NCBI GenBank assembly: GCA_030141605.1
Contig: JAQGDQ010002405.1
Span: forward strand, 14,260 to 78,259
DNA from: Tubiluchus corallicola
Lineage: Eukaryota > Animalia > Priapulida
Reading direction: 5' to 3'
Length of the DNA stretch: 64,000 nucleotides
Below the pieces are notes generated by a model. That model was given only the letters and a program-made list of their open reading frames with translations. It made no database searches and was not told where the DNA came from. A program made the translations under genes and the position numbers. Below, piece by piece: positions 19,265 to 29,461 of this stretch (within the stretch, counting starts at the first letter, position 1; the number at the start of each line of letters is the position of its first letter).

Positions 19265-22200
19265 ATGAGGAAAATAAGTCTAAGTTTCATTTCAAAAACA
19301 AAGAGTTGGTGGAGCACTTATATTATGCTCCTTTTTATGCTGACAGGAGGGGCACTTTCCGCTCAGCAAAAGACAATTAGTGGTACCGTAACAGAAGAGA
19401 ACGGGAACCCTATTACGGGAGTAACAGTAATGGTTAAAGGTACAACTATAGGGGTAATCACAGACTGGGAGGGGAAATACAATTTGTCCCAAATACCTGC
19501 TGATGCTAATGTATTGGTATTCTCCTACATTGGTATGCTAACACAAGATGCTGAAATTGGGGACCGAACCAATATTAACGTAACCATGAAATCAGACATT
19601 ATTAATGTTGACGAAGTTATTATTGTTGGCTACGGTACCCAGCAAAAGAAAACCTTGACAGGTGCTGTTACCTCTGTCTCAGAAGATGAGCTACGCTCGA
19701 TTCCTGTAGCTAATGCAGCTTCACGTATACAAGGAAGGGTTGCAGGTGTTACAATAACCAATGATAACTCTCCCGGAGGAGAAGCTACCGTGCGTGTTCG
19801 TGGCATTGGATCTGTAAACAACAACGATCCGCTATACATTATTGACGGGGTGCCTTCAACTGACGGACTAAGTAAAATCAATCCCAACGATATTGAATCC
19901 ATGTCGGTGCTTAAAGATGCTTCCTCCTCAGCTATATACGGTGTTCGTGCTGCTAATGGAGTTATTATTATTACTACAAAGCGTGGAAAACCGGGAAAGA
20001 CAAGACTTAGTTTCGATGCGCGTTTCGGGATACAACGCGCCACCAATCAACTGGACCTGTTGAATACCCAAGAGTATGCGGATCTTTTGTGGATGGAAAA
20101 CCGCAATGCGGGATTAAATCCGGGAGATAATGGCTGGGGAAATGAACAGTTAGGGTATGGAGAAACACCCATTATTCCCGACTATATAATACCTGCAGGC
20201 AAGATGGAAGGCGAAGTGGATGAAAGTAGCTATTCATACCCAAGTCCCTACAATGGCATTACTCGTGCTAACAAGCAAGGCACTAACTGGTACGATGAGA
20301 TATTTAACCTTGCCCCTGTGCAGGAATACAACATAGGCCTGTCGGGAGGAAGCGAAAACAGCAACTACGCTTTTTCTGCCGGATATATGGAACAGGAAGG
20401 AATAGTTATGCACACCGGTTTTGAGCGATTCTCCCTACGCTCTAACGCTGATGCTAAAGTTACAGACTGGCTGGAAATAGGGGAAAGCCTCGGAGCTTCA
20501 TATGTCAACCGTAATGGATTTGGTAATAATGATGAGGGAAACTCTGTCTCTTGGGCTTATAGAATGCAACCTATCATTCCAGTTTATGATATTAAAGGCA
20601 ACTTTGCCGGAACACAGGCTGCAACAACAGGTAACGCACAAAACCCCGTAGCTGTACTCACTCGCAACAAGGATGATTATGTTCGGGAAATGCGTATACT
20701 CGCAAATGTATATGCACAGCTAAACCTACCTAAAAACCTTACGTTTCGAACTCTGTTTGGTGTCGATTACAATAGCACGCGCGAACAGGACCGGCGCATT
20801 ATGGATCCGGAATTTTCAGAAGGAAAACCTAACGACCAACTAACACAGAAGTTTGAAGGAGGAATCCAGTGGAACTGGTCAAACACACTTAATTTTAGCA
20901 CTACTATTGATGATATACATAACATTAAGGTGCTGCTGGGATCTGAATGCGTTAGCGACTACTGGGAGTGGTTTAATGCAAGCCGGAGTGTATACTTTAT
21001 GACAGATACAGACTACATGGTCTTAGACTCGGGAGAATCCGATCAGACCGCGACAGGATCCTTTGACGAATGGTTTACATTTTCCTACTTTGGCAGAATA
21101 AACTACAGCTTTAGAGATAAGTATCTTCTAGAAGCTGTTTTACGTCGTGATGGCTCTTCAAGATTTGCAAAAACGCATCGATGGGGAACATTCCCCGCAC
21201 TCTCTGCTGGGTGGAGAATATCTGAAGAATCTTTTTTGACAGAGTATGGCTGGCTTAACGACCTTAAATTAAGAATAGGCTGGGGCCAAAATGGTAATGA
21301 CAACGTTGGTGGAAACTACAATAGCTACAGCACCTATCGGGCTCATATTAACGAATCATACTACAGCCTGTCAGGATCAAACACATCCACGGTGCCAGGA
21401 TTCCACCGCTATAAGCTGGGTAACCTGGATGGAAAATGGGAATCTACCACAACCACCAATGTTGGCCTCGATATTACGGTATTTGACAGTAAACTGCAGG
21501 TCAATTTCGACTGGTATAACCGTCTGACCACAGATATGCTTTACAAACAACAACTTCCCAGTGTGTATGGATATTTGGTACTTCCTGCCATAAATGTTGG
21601 CGAGATGAAAAACAGAGGGTGTGATCTGATGATCACTTATCACGGACAGGCAGGTAATGACTTCTATTTTGATATCCGTGCCAGCATCTCCCACTACAAA
21701 AACGAAATCACAAAACTTAATGATAACTCGAACGAAATTCTCTGGGGAGATGAGCTTCGTCAAAACATATACACCGCAAGTACAAGTGGTAGACCCATAT
21801 CTTCCTTCTATGGATATGTGGTTGAAGGTATTTTCAACACAGCAGAAGAGATCGCTGCACATAGCCCATATAACCCTGATAAAGATGGAGTTGACAGCTA
21901 TAGCCGCCCCGGAGTATTCAAATATAAAGATGTGAACGGCGATGGCAAGATAACATCGGAGGATCGCACCTTTATAGGCAGCCCACACCCCGATTTTACT
22001 TATGGGCTAAACATTGGCTCACAGTATAAAAGCTGGGATATGACAATGTTTATTCAGGGGTCACAAGGCAATAAACTGATAAACTATGTAAACCGGTGGA
22101 TACTATTTAGCAACTTTCAGGGAAATCGTAGCACACAAAGACTCTATGAATCATGGACAGCCGAACGTTATGAAAACGGAGATAAAATTACAATGCCTAT

Positions 22201-22504
22201 CGCACTTAAAGATGACGAAGTGATGCAAAGAACCTCAACTTTCTTTGTTGAAGATGGCTCTTACCTCCGCATAAAGGACCTACAAATTGGCTATACCATC
22301 CCGGCAGAAGTAACCTCTAAATGGGGCATTGAGCGTTTAAGGCTTTATGCACAAGCAACAAATCTGCTTACAATTACCGGATACAGTGGACTCGACCCTG
22401 AGATTATCAACAATGGCGATAATGCAGATCGCCATATTGGCGTGGATGAGGGTGTTTACCCCACCTCACAAATGTTTCTTTTTGGGATAAACCTGAACTT
22501 GTAA
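19265..22504 (+). CDS. susC: SusC/RagA-family TonB-dependent transporter
   Basis: VIIVGYGTQ, PLYIIDG, INPNDIESMSVLKDASSSAIYGVRAANGVIIITTKRG, FVEDGSYLRIK. ATG 19265 preferred. Confidence 0.96.
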   Translation: MRKISLSFISKTKSWWSTYIMLLFMLTGGALSAQQKTISGTVTEENGNPITGVTVMVKGTTIGVITDWEGKYNLSQIPADANVLVFSYIGMLTQDAEIGDRTNINVTMKSDIINVDEVIIVGYGTQQKKTLTGAVTSVSEDELRSIPVANAASRIQGRVAGVTITNDNSPGGEATVRVRGIGSVNNNDPLYIIDGVPSTDGLSKINPNDIESMSVLKDASSSAIYGVRAANGVIIITTKRGKPGKTRLSFDARFGIQRATNQLDLLNTQEYADLLWMENRNAGLNPGDNGWGNEQLGYGETPIIPDYIIPAGKMEGEVDESSYSYPSPYNGITRANKQGTNWYDEIFNLAPVQEYNIGLSGGSENSNYAFSAGYMEQEGIVMHTGFERFSLRSNADAKVTDWLEIGESLGASYVNRNGFGNNDEGNSVSWAYRMQPIIPVYDIKGNFAGTQAATTGNAQNPVAVLTRNKDDYVREMRILANVYAQLNLPKNLTFRTLFGVDYNSTREQDRRIMDPEFSEGKPNDQLTQKFEGGIQWNWSNTLNFSTTIDDIHNIKVLLGSECVSDYWEWFNASRSVYFMTDTDYMVLDSGESDQTATGSFDEWFTFSYFGRINYSFRDKYLLEAVLRRDGSSRFAKTHRWGTFPALSAGWRISEESFLTEYGWLNDLKLRIGWGQNGNDNVGGNYNSYSTYRAHINESYYSLSGSNTSTVPGFHRYKLGNLDGKWESTTTTNVGLDITVFDSKLQVNFDWYNRLTTDMLYKQQLPSVYGYLVLPAINVGEMKNRGCDLMITYHGQAGNDFYFDIRASISHYKNEITKLNDNSNEILWGDELRQNIYTASTSGRPISSFYGYVVEGIFNTAEEIAAHSPYNPDKDGVDSYSRPGVFKYKDVNGDGKITSEDRTFIGSPHPDFTYGLNIGSQYKSWDMTMFIQGSQGNKLINYVNRWILFSNFQGNRSTQRLYESWTAERYENGDKITMPIALKDDEVMQRTSTFFVEDGSYLRIKDLQIGYTIPAEVTSKWGIERLRLYAQATNLLTITGYSGLDPEIINNGDNADRHIGVDEGVYPTSQMFLFGINLNL

Positions 22505-22542
22505 CCCTGATAGTTTTTATAAATTAAAAACACATATAAATT

Positions 22543-24249
22543 ATGAAAAAGACATATATTATTATAGCACTAGTAACAATTGTTTTATACTCCTGCTCTG
22601 ACTCCTGGTTTGAGATTAAACCCAAAGGGCAGGCTCATGTTGAACTACTTTATAATAAAGAAGGTGTAAATGCCCTATTAACCGGCACCTATGCTGTTGT
22701 TGACGGAACAAATCGCCCAAGTGCAGACAACTGGGCAAGCGCCGTTTCTAACTGGGTTTGGGGCAGTGTTGCCTCAGATGATGCATACAAGGGTTCATCA
22801 TCTGGTGACCAGCCCAGTATTAACCCTATTGAGGGATTTTATGTTGACGCTGAAAATACGTATGTAAAAAACCACTGGGAGCCGCTTTATGATGGTATTC
22901 GCCGTGCTAATGATGTTTTGCTGGCTACTGTTAAGGCGGATGATATGAGTGAAAAAGAAAAAGCTCAGGCTGAAGCCCAGGCAAAATTTCTCAGAGCACA
23001 TTTCTATGTCGAACTTACACTGGTACATGGGAAGGTACCATACATTGACGAAAACACAGAAGAGCCACATACTGTACCAAATGACAGGCTCGTATGGAGT
23101 GAAATAGAGAGTGACCTGGAGTTTGCAGTAGACAACCTGCCAGATAACTGGGGAAGTGATAAAGGGCGTGCAACACAATGGGCAGCAAAAACCTATCTGG
23201 CCCGCGTCTACATGTTTCAAGGAAAATTTAATATGGCAAAACCGGTGCTGGACGATGTCTACTCCAGTGGGGTATTTCAGCTAGTTGAAAGTTATGAGAT
23301 GAATTATGAAATCAACCACAACAATAACAAAGAATCAATATTCGAGATACAGTATGCTGTAAACGATGGCTCCAACGGCTCGTATAACGGAGGCTGGGGT
23401 GATGCCCTTAACTACCCTTTCGGGGGAGCTCCAACAGGAACCTGCTGTGGCTTCTTTCAACCCACACATAGCCTCGTAAGCGCCTATAGGGTTGACGATA
23501 ATACGGGGCTGCCTCTGCTTAACGACACCTACTCAGCAGACGACATGCTGCCATTCGATCCCGAGCCTGACAAACAGTATAAAGGAACCATTGATCCCCG
23601 GCTCGACCACACTGTCGGACGCCCAGGAATTCCCTACCTAGACTGGGGAATAATGGAAGGAAACTCATGGATACGCGAACCATCCAACGGAGGCCCGTAC
23701 TTATACAAAAAAAACATGTTTAAAGAGGCAGAAAAAGCTACAGCTCAAACATCTACAGGATGGACAACAGGCGTTAACAGTAACAACTTTCGTAAATTCA
23801 GACTGGGACATGTAATTTTGTGGCTGGCTGAATGTGAAGCAGAAATAGGATCTTTGACTCGCGCAACCTCTTTGGTAAATGAAATACGCAACAGAGCAAA
23901 ATCCTCAAACGTAGTAAGATTTGACGATGGAGCTCCGGCCGCAAACTATAAAGTTGAACCGTATACGGAAGACTTCCCTTCCAAAGAGTATGCACTGAAA
24001 GCTATTCGCCACGAAACCCGCCTGGAATTTGCCATGGAGGGAATGCGTTTCTTTGATCTCGTACGCTGGGGAATAGCAGGAGATACTATGAATGACTACC
24101 TCAGTGTAGAAGGAACAGTTATGGTACACCTTTCCGGCAAAACATTTTCCAAAGGACAACACGAAATCTGGCCTATCCCGCAAACTCAGATCGACCTGTC
24201 TATAGCTAATAACAACCCTGTCTTAAAACAGAATGAAGGCTATTACTAA
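22543..24249 (+). CDS. susD: SusD/RagB-family glycan-binding lipoprotein
   Basis: Lipobox LYSC, AQAKFLRAHFY, KESIFEIQY, RLEFAMEGMRFFDLVRWG, PIPQTQID..QNEGY. Confidence 0.95.
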   Translation: MKKTYIIIALVTIVLYSCSDSWFEIKPKGQAHVELLYNKEGVNALLTGTYAVVDGTNRPSADNWASAVSNWVWGSVASDDAYKGSSSGDQPSINPIEGFYVDAENTYVKNHWEPLYDGIRRANDVLLATVKADDMSEKEKAQAEAQAKFLRAHFYVELTLVHGKVPYIDENTEEPHTVPNDRLVWSEIESDLEFAVDNLPDNWGSDKGRATQWAAKTYLARVYMFQGKFNMAKPVLDDVYSSGVFQLVESYEMNYEINHNNNKESIFEIQYAVNDGSNGSYNGGWGDALNYPFGGAPTGTCCGFFQPTHSLVSAYRVDDNTGLPLLNDTYSADDMLPFDPEPDKQYKGTIDPRLDHTVGRPGIPYLDWGIMEGNSWIREPSNGGPYLYKKNMFKEAEKATAQTSTGWTTGVNSNNFRKFRLGHVILWLAECEAEIGSLTRATSLVNEIRNRAKSSNVVRFDDGAPAANYKVEPYTEDFPSKEYALKAIRHETRLEFAMEGMRFFDLVRWGIAGDTMNDYLSVEGTVMVHLSGKTFSKGQHEIWPIPQTQIDLSIANNNPVLKQNEGYY

Positions 24250-24404
24250 AATGAGATCTTAAAAAAATAAAAAACTTAGCTCAGAATGAGGAAAAATCCA
24301 ATGAAAACCCACAACTTACTGTTGTAAATGAAGATTTTGAAGAGAATATTAATAAAAATATGAACTTCGAAAATATCAAAACAGGAAATCTTCAAACTCT
24401 GGTT

Positions 24405-24667
24405 AAACAGATAAAATAATAAAAGAGGTTGCAGCCATCAAACTTGCAACCTCTTTATGCTTTGAGACCTTCGCAAAGACCTCACTTTATTATTTATCCG
24501 CTCCTGAAATTAATCCCAACCTGCTCAATATTATCAATATAGAATTTAAAACCTCAACAAATTATAGTGACCTAAAATGCAAGAACTTACTATAACTTAC
24601 ATGCAAAACTTTACAGATTATGATAGGAAAATCGTCAAAACAAAATCAGATGAATCTTATAAACTCT
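24405..24667. repeat. 263-bp direct repeat, left copy (target duplication of the IS1634-type element)
   Basis: Reads identically to 26315-26577 and abuts the IS terminal repeat. Confidence 0.95.
24421..24457. terminator. Probable bidirectional intrinsic terminator (duplicated at ~26331-26367)
   Basis: AAAGAGGTTGCA-gccatcaaact-TGCAACCTCTTT hairpin between the convergent susD and spt. Confidence 0.7.
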
Positions 24668-26314
24668 CCTGTTTTGTGCATTGCAGCACCCAAGTTTATA
24701 ATTTCATATTTAACAACTTTTTTTGCATTTCAGTTGGCTGTAATATTTTTGTTCTGACTTGTTTCGATTTGGGCAGAGTGTATTGCAGCTGCCTGATCTG
24801 CCGGATTTGTTCCAAGGCTTTTTCAGCAGAGATATCAATATTATTTGCCTTCAATAACCTTTCCAGCTCTTTGTAAATGGCATAGGCTGTGAAACAAATA
24901 CAGATATGGGCTTCAATGCGTTCTTTTAAGCGGTGATAAACTGGCCGTATTCGTAAATCAGTTTTTGATATACGAAAAGCTTTTTCCACTTGCCACAACT
25001 GACTATAATTCCCGATAACATCTTTTCTCGGTAAATGGGTATTGGTTACATAACCCTTCAACCCATCCCAAACTCTATCTGACTGGAACTTATCGTAGTC
25101 GATTTTAACGGCAATCTCCCCCGACAGATTCAGATATTTATTATACCCGCGATTATTTATGCGATTCTTTGTTAGCTTGCCGGAAGCAACACGTTTTTCA
25201 AGTCTTTTTAAGCCCTTCTCTCTGTTTTTTTATCGTTGAAGGCTCTTTTTTCTGAGAAGCTGATAATCAACCTTCCATTCTTGTTTTTCAACTCAACTGG
25301 CTTGTTTTCTTTAATATCAAGAGTTATAATTTTTTCTTTTATTTTTTGACTTTCATTCTTTATCCGTCCTCCAAGTATGTACTCGTATTTGTTTTCAATC
25401 AAGGCATTTATGTTCTTCTGCGAGAGTAAAGCTGCATCGGCAACTACAATAGGCCTTTCGATATTAAATTTATTTTGAAAGGCTTCCAGAACAGGGATTA
25501 GTGTTTTTGTTTCAGAGGTGTTTCCCTCGAATATTTGATAGCCAATCGGGTATCCATATTTACCCACCAGTAAACCTATCATTATTTGCGGTTGTTGATG
25601 CTTGCCATCTTTGTTGAATCCGGGAATACGGTAGTCATCTTCTTCTGATGCCTCAAAATACAATGTGGTCATATCATAAAATGCGACACTTATCTTTCCT
25701 TTTAGTAGCTTCCTGGTGTGCTTAAAGGTAAGTTGTTCAATTTGTGGCTTTAAACTTGTATTTAGCTCGTCAAGGAAACGATAAATAGTGTGTACGCTAA
25801 CATCTGTATTCAGGTGCTGTCTAAAATAGTCAACGGTTTTTAATTTGCTTCCCGGGTACACTAACCGACATAATACCAGGTTGCGAAAATAATTGCAGCA
25901 CCCATCATCCGGAAAGTTAAAGACTTGATAAATTTTGCCTAAAATTAATTCACTTCCTACAACTTGTAAATGATTGTTTGCAATGCTGCCCACAAAGTTT
26001 TCAACCACCAAATCATCGTGTTCAACAAAAAGCGATTGCATGCCCCTAAGCCGCTCTATCTCTGTGTTGGCAAGCAATAAAAGCAATTCTTCTTCCCGCT
26101 TTGTTTTTGCGCAACCTACGGTTTTTACAACCTTATATTTACCATGATTTTTTGAGATTATCTGTACACTCACAGAACCACTCCCGATTCTTATTTTTTC
26201 GGACAAACATGCATAAAATTAAGCATGCAGCACCCAAAATGCAAATTTGAAATTCCTATCTTGCTGATAATCAATAGTGCATTCTTGGGGCGTCGTTGTG
26301 GTGCACAAAACAGG
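24668..26314 (-). mobile_element. IS1634-family insertion sequence (1647 bp)
   Basis: 13-bp terminal inverted repeats CCTGTTTTGTGCA; DDE transposase motifs FYDMTTLYFE, VVADAAL, VEKAFRISKTDLRIRPVYH; long flanking direct repeat. Confidence 0.93.
24696..26210 (-). pseudogene. IS1634-family transposase with two frameshifts
   Basis: ATG 26210 gives MFVRKNKNR, then one extra G near 26183. A second shift occurs in the A7 run near 25225 (DKK/NREKGLKRLEK continues in another frame). Confidence 0.85.
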
Positions 26315-26577
26315 AAACAGATAAAATAATAAAAGAGGTTGCAGCCATCAAACTTGCAACCTCTTTATGCTTTGAGACCTTCGCAAAGACCTCACTTTAT
26401 TATTTATCCGCTCCTGAAATTAATCCCAACCTGCTCAATATTATCAATATAGAATTTAAAACCTCAACAAATTATAGTGACCTAAAATGCAAGAACTTAC
26501 TATAACTTACATGCAAAACTTTACAGATTATGATAGGAAAATCGTCAAAACAAAATCAGATGAATCTTATAAACTCT
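26315..26577. repeat. 263-bp direct repeat, right copy
   Basis: Reads identically to 24405-24667. Confidence 0.95.
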
Positions 26578-26666
26578 GCAAAACAGAAAAAACTGCTCTT
26601 AAAGGGCTTTGATAGATAGCAAAGCCGTCAGCCTATAATACTATACTCATCAATACCATTCACTCC

Positions 26667-27908
26667 CTAAAGCATCTGCGCCATCTGCTCTGTTGAATAC
26701 TTTCCCTCCTTAAGCTTTCTCCTCACCTCTGAAAACACCTTAATAGTATACTCTACATCCTCAAGCGAGTGCATGGCTGTCGGAATAAGTCTCAATAACA
26801 GCTGCCCCTTAGGAATAACGGGATATATAACTATTGAGCAAAAAATATTGTAATTTTCACGAAGATCCATTACCACATTAGTGCCCTCAGGAACACTCCC
26901 AGAAAGATATATAGGAGTTACGGGAGAACTGGTATTTCCAAGATTAAACCCATTCTCTCTCAGCCCCTTCTGAAGAGCACACACTATTACCCACAGCCGC
27001 TCTACAAACTCGGGATTTGAACGTATCAACTCAAGTCTTTTTAGAGCACCTATTACCATCGGCATCGGTAACGATTTGGCAAAAGTCTGAGAGCGCATAT
27101 TATAACGCAAAAAGTTGCAAACCTCCTCGTCACATGACACAAAACCCCCGATACCTGCCATCGCCTTAGCAAATGTCCCAAAATAAAGATCTATATCGTC
27201 CTGTACTCCAAAGTGTAAACCTGTTCCCGCACCCAGCTTGCCCATTGTTCCAAAACCGTGAGCATCATCTACCAGTAGCCTGAAATTGTACTTCTTCTTC
27301 ATGGAGATAATCTCATCCAACTTGCCAAGATCACCGGCCATACCAAAAACACCCTCTGTGATAACCAAAATACCCCCTCCTGTCTTCTCCACCACCCTTG
27401 CTGCATGACCCAGTTGCTTACTAAGGCTATCCATATCATTGTGGAGAAAAACAAAACGCTTACCCATGTGCAGGCGTACCCCGTCAACAATACAAGCATG
27501 AGACTCAGCATCATAAACGATAACATCATGCCTTCCACACAAAGCATCTATAATAGACACCATACCCTGATAACCATAATTTAGCAGGAAAGTATCGGGC
27601 TTACCTACAAACTCCGACAACTGCTGCTCAAGCTCCTCATGCTTACTAGTATGCCCAGACATCATCCTGGCACCCATAGGATATGCCATGCCGTACTTAG
27701 CAGTAGCCTCACTATCAGTATTACGCACCTTCGGATGATTAGCCAGCCCAAGATAATTATTCAAACTCCACGTAAGTACCTCTTTACCTCTAAACTTCAT
27801 ACGAGGATGAATCTCTCCCCCCAGCTTAGGAAATGCAAAGTACCCGTGTGCATCTTTCTGGTATTTTCCAAGATCGCCCTTAGATTTAATCTTACTAAAA
27901 ATATCCAC
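26667..27908 (-). CDS. spt: Serine palmitoyltransferase-like alpha-oxoamine synthase (PLP, class II aminotransferase)
   Basis: HGYFAFPKL, WSLNNYLGL, ESHACIVDG, VDDAHGFG, GTFAKAM (PLP lysine). TACATTTG promoter element at 27947-27954. Substrate is inferred from family resemblance. Confidence 0.75.
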   Translation of the reverse strand: MDIFSKIKSKGDLGKYQKDAHGYFAFPKLGGEIHPRMKFRGKEVLTWSLNNYLGLANHPKVRNTDSEATAKYGMAYPMGARMMSGHTSKHEELEQQLSEFVGKPDTFLLNYGYQGMVSIIDALCGRHDVIVYDAESHACIVDGVRLHMGKRFVFLHNDMDSLSKQLGHAARVVEKTGGGILVITEGVFGMAGDLGKLDEIISMKKKYNFRLLVDDAHGFGTMGKLGAGTGLHFGVQDDIDLYFGTFAKAMAGIGGFVSCDEEVCNFLRYNMRSQTFAKSLPMPMVIGALKRLELIRSNPEFVERLWVIVCALQKGLRENGFNLGNTSSPVTPIYLSGSVPEGTNVVMDLRENYNIFCSIVIYPVIPKGQLLLRLIPTAMHSLEDVEYTIKVFSEVRRKLKEGKYSTEQMAQML

Positions 27909-28247
27909 GATTATTTTTTTTTCTATAAATTTTGTCCAGAACAGTGCAAATGTAATCTTTTTTAGCTTTCTGCCAAATGAGGAAAAAATCTATGCAACCA
28001 TAAACCCTCTTCTCCTTCCATACTTTTATAGCACCTGCTTTAGAACAAACAGTACACACACAGCTAAGCCGCAACTAAAACCTATGAATAGTTTAAAAAT
28101 GGGTACTTCCATTTTTAGGGCATTGAAAAAAAGAAGCAACCTTGCACGTTTTTTTCCATTTTACTATTGCTTTAATAGTTTTTTGAGGAACCGAGCATAC
28201 CCTGTTTACTGCTAAACCCGTTATACTCCTCAATATACAGTGGCTCG

Positions 28248-28549
28248 CTTATACTTTTTTTAAAAGCTCTGTGAATAGCCTGAATAAGTTGGTAAGCTGC
28301 GGGAGTGAAAAGCTATCAATACCTACAAAGGCTACGCCTAAAGAATCTTTGTTGTATCATTTGCAGTCTGCTCCTTGCTCATGTTCTTTTCTGCCTCTTC
28401 TTATTGTACCATCGGCATAAACTATCTAAATGATAGCTCACTTTGCGAAAACCATGTTACTTGTGCCAGCAACCTGCCTCCCCTATAGCGGTATACCTTC
28501 CACTGGATAGTGTAGTAGTACAGTCTATTGTTAGCTTTAAAATGCTCAT
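28248..28549 (-). pseudogene. Degraded N-acetylmuramoyl-L-alanine amidase (T7-lysozyme/Amidase_2, phage endolysin-like)
   Basis: Manual translation: MSILKLTIDC...WHK*HGFRKVSYH/VYADGTIRRGRKEHEQGADCK*YNKDSLGVAFVG, with stops and frameshifts. Confidence 0.75.
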
Positions 28550-29461
28550 CTGTTTTTATTATTAAATTACAGCTACCTGGGGCTTTGAAAATATTGTTGC
28601 TCCAATCACTACCCGTATTATAGCAAAAGATGCTCTACTAAACTAGGTGCAGTTATCAAACCCTGCACTTCCGTTTTATATAGGCTACAAAGCATACACA
28701 CAAAGTGGATTTATGCAATAATATTTATTTTGCATGTTTTTTGCTTTGCCATACCTTTACTTTACCGTAAAGCACCCGTCCGAGCATAGTAAGCAAAAAA
28801 ACTGCAAAGTGAGGGTGTCAACAATCTCAAAAATGATATTAAAACTATGCCCAACCCTGTACCCAAATCACCTTTTTGCTACTCCATAAGATTAAATAGC
28901 AGGGGTGTCTTCAACCCAGTCTTAAGCATAAAAAAACCACCTTTAGGGGATGGCTTAAATCGATATTTATTTATCTCATTGTACTTATGGACTACTTAAA
29001 GGTATTTTCAACCCTTTACTATGCATTAACGAAAGCCTTAGACAATCGCTTTTCATAACTTAAAACCATTCGTATTATTTAGCGTAAATTAACTTTTTTG
29101 CACCATTCGTATTATAATTATGCCCCCTCTGCTTGAAACAAACACCTTAAAACAGCCTCACAAAGCAATACAAATCAAAAAATATTGAAAACTTTCAGTC
29201 CGCTGGTATAACCGGAAACACTGAAAAAGACTCTCACAAAATATGCTAATAAAAAAGGTGAATTCTGCAAAAACACCCATACATTGAAAAACAACCTGAA
29301 AATTGATATTCTAAAATAAGAACTAATAAAATATGCACAACATAAACATCAACGAAGCTTATGCATATTTAAATAATAGTATTCAATTAAAAATAAGTTA
29401 CTACTTTTGAAGTTACTACTTTCTTTTGCGTACAACAGTTAAAACTGGTCACAATAAATAG

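Noticed and set aside
24696-26210. Programmed frameshifting in the IS1634 transposase
   Set aside because: This family normally has one ORF; two separate indels fit decay or sequence error better.
24577-26505. ORFs 24577-24876 and 26296-26505
   Set aside because: They span IS/target junctions and are chance reading frames.
28248-28549. Stop-codon recoding in the amidase relic or the IS3 ORFs
   Set aside because: Stops are of mixed type and accompanied by frameshifts and lost conserved residues; core genes use the standard code.
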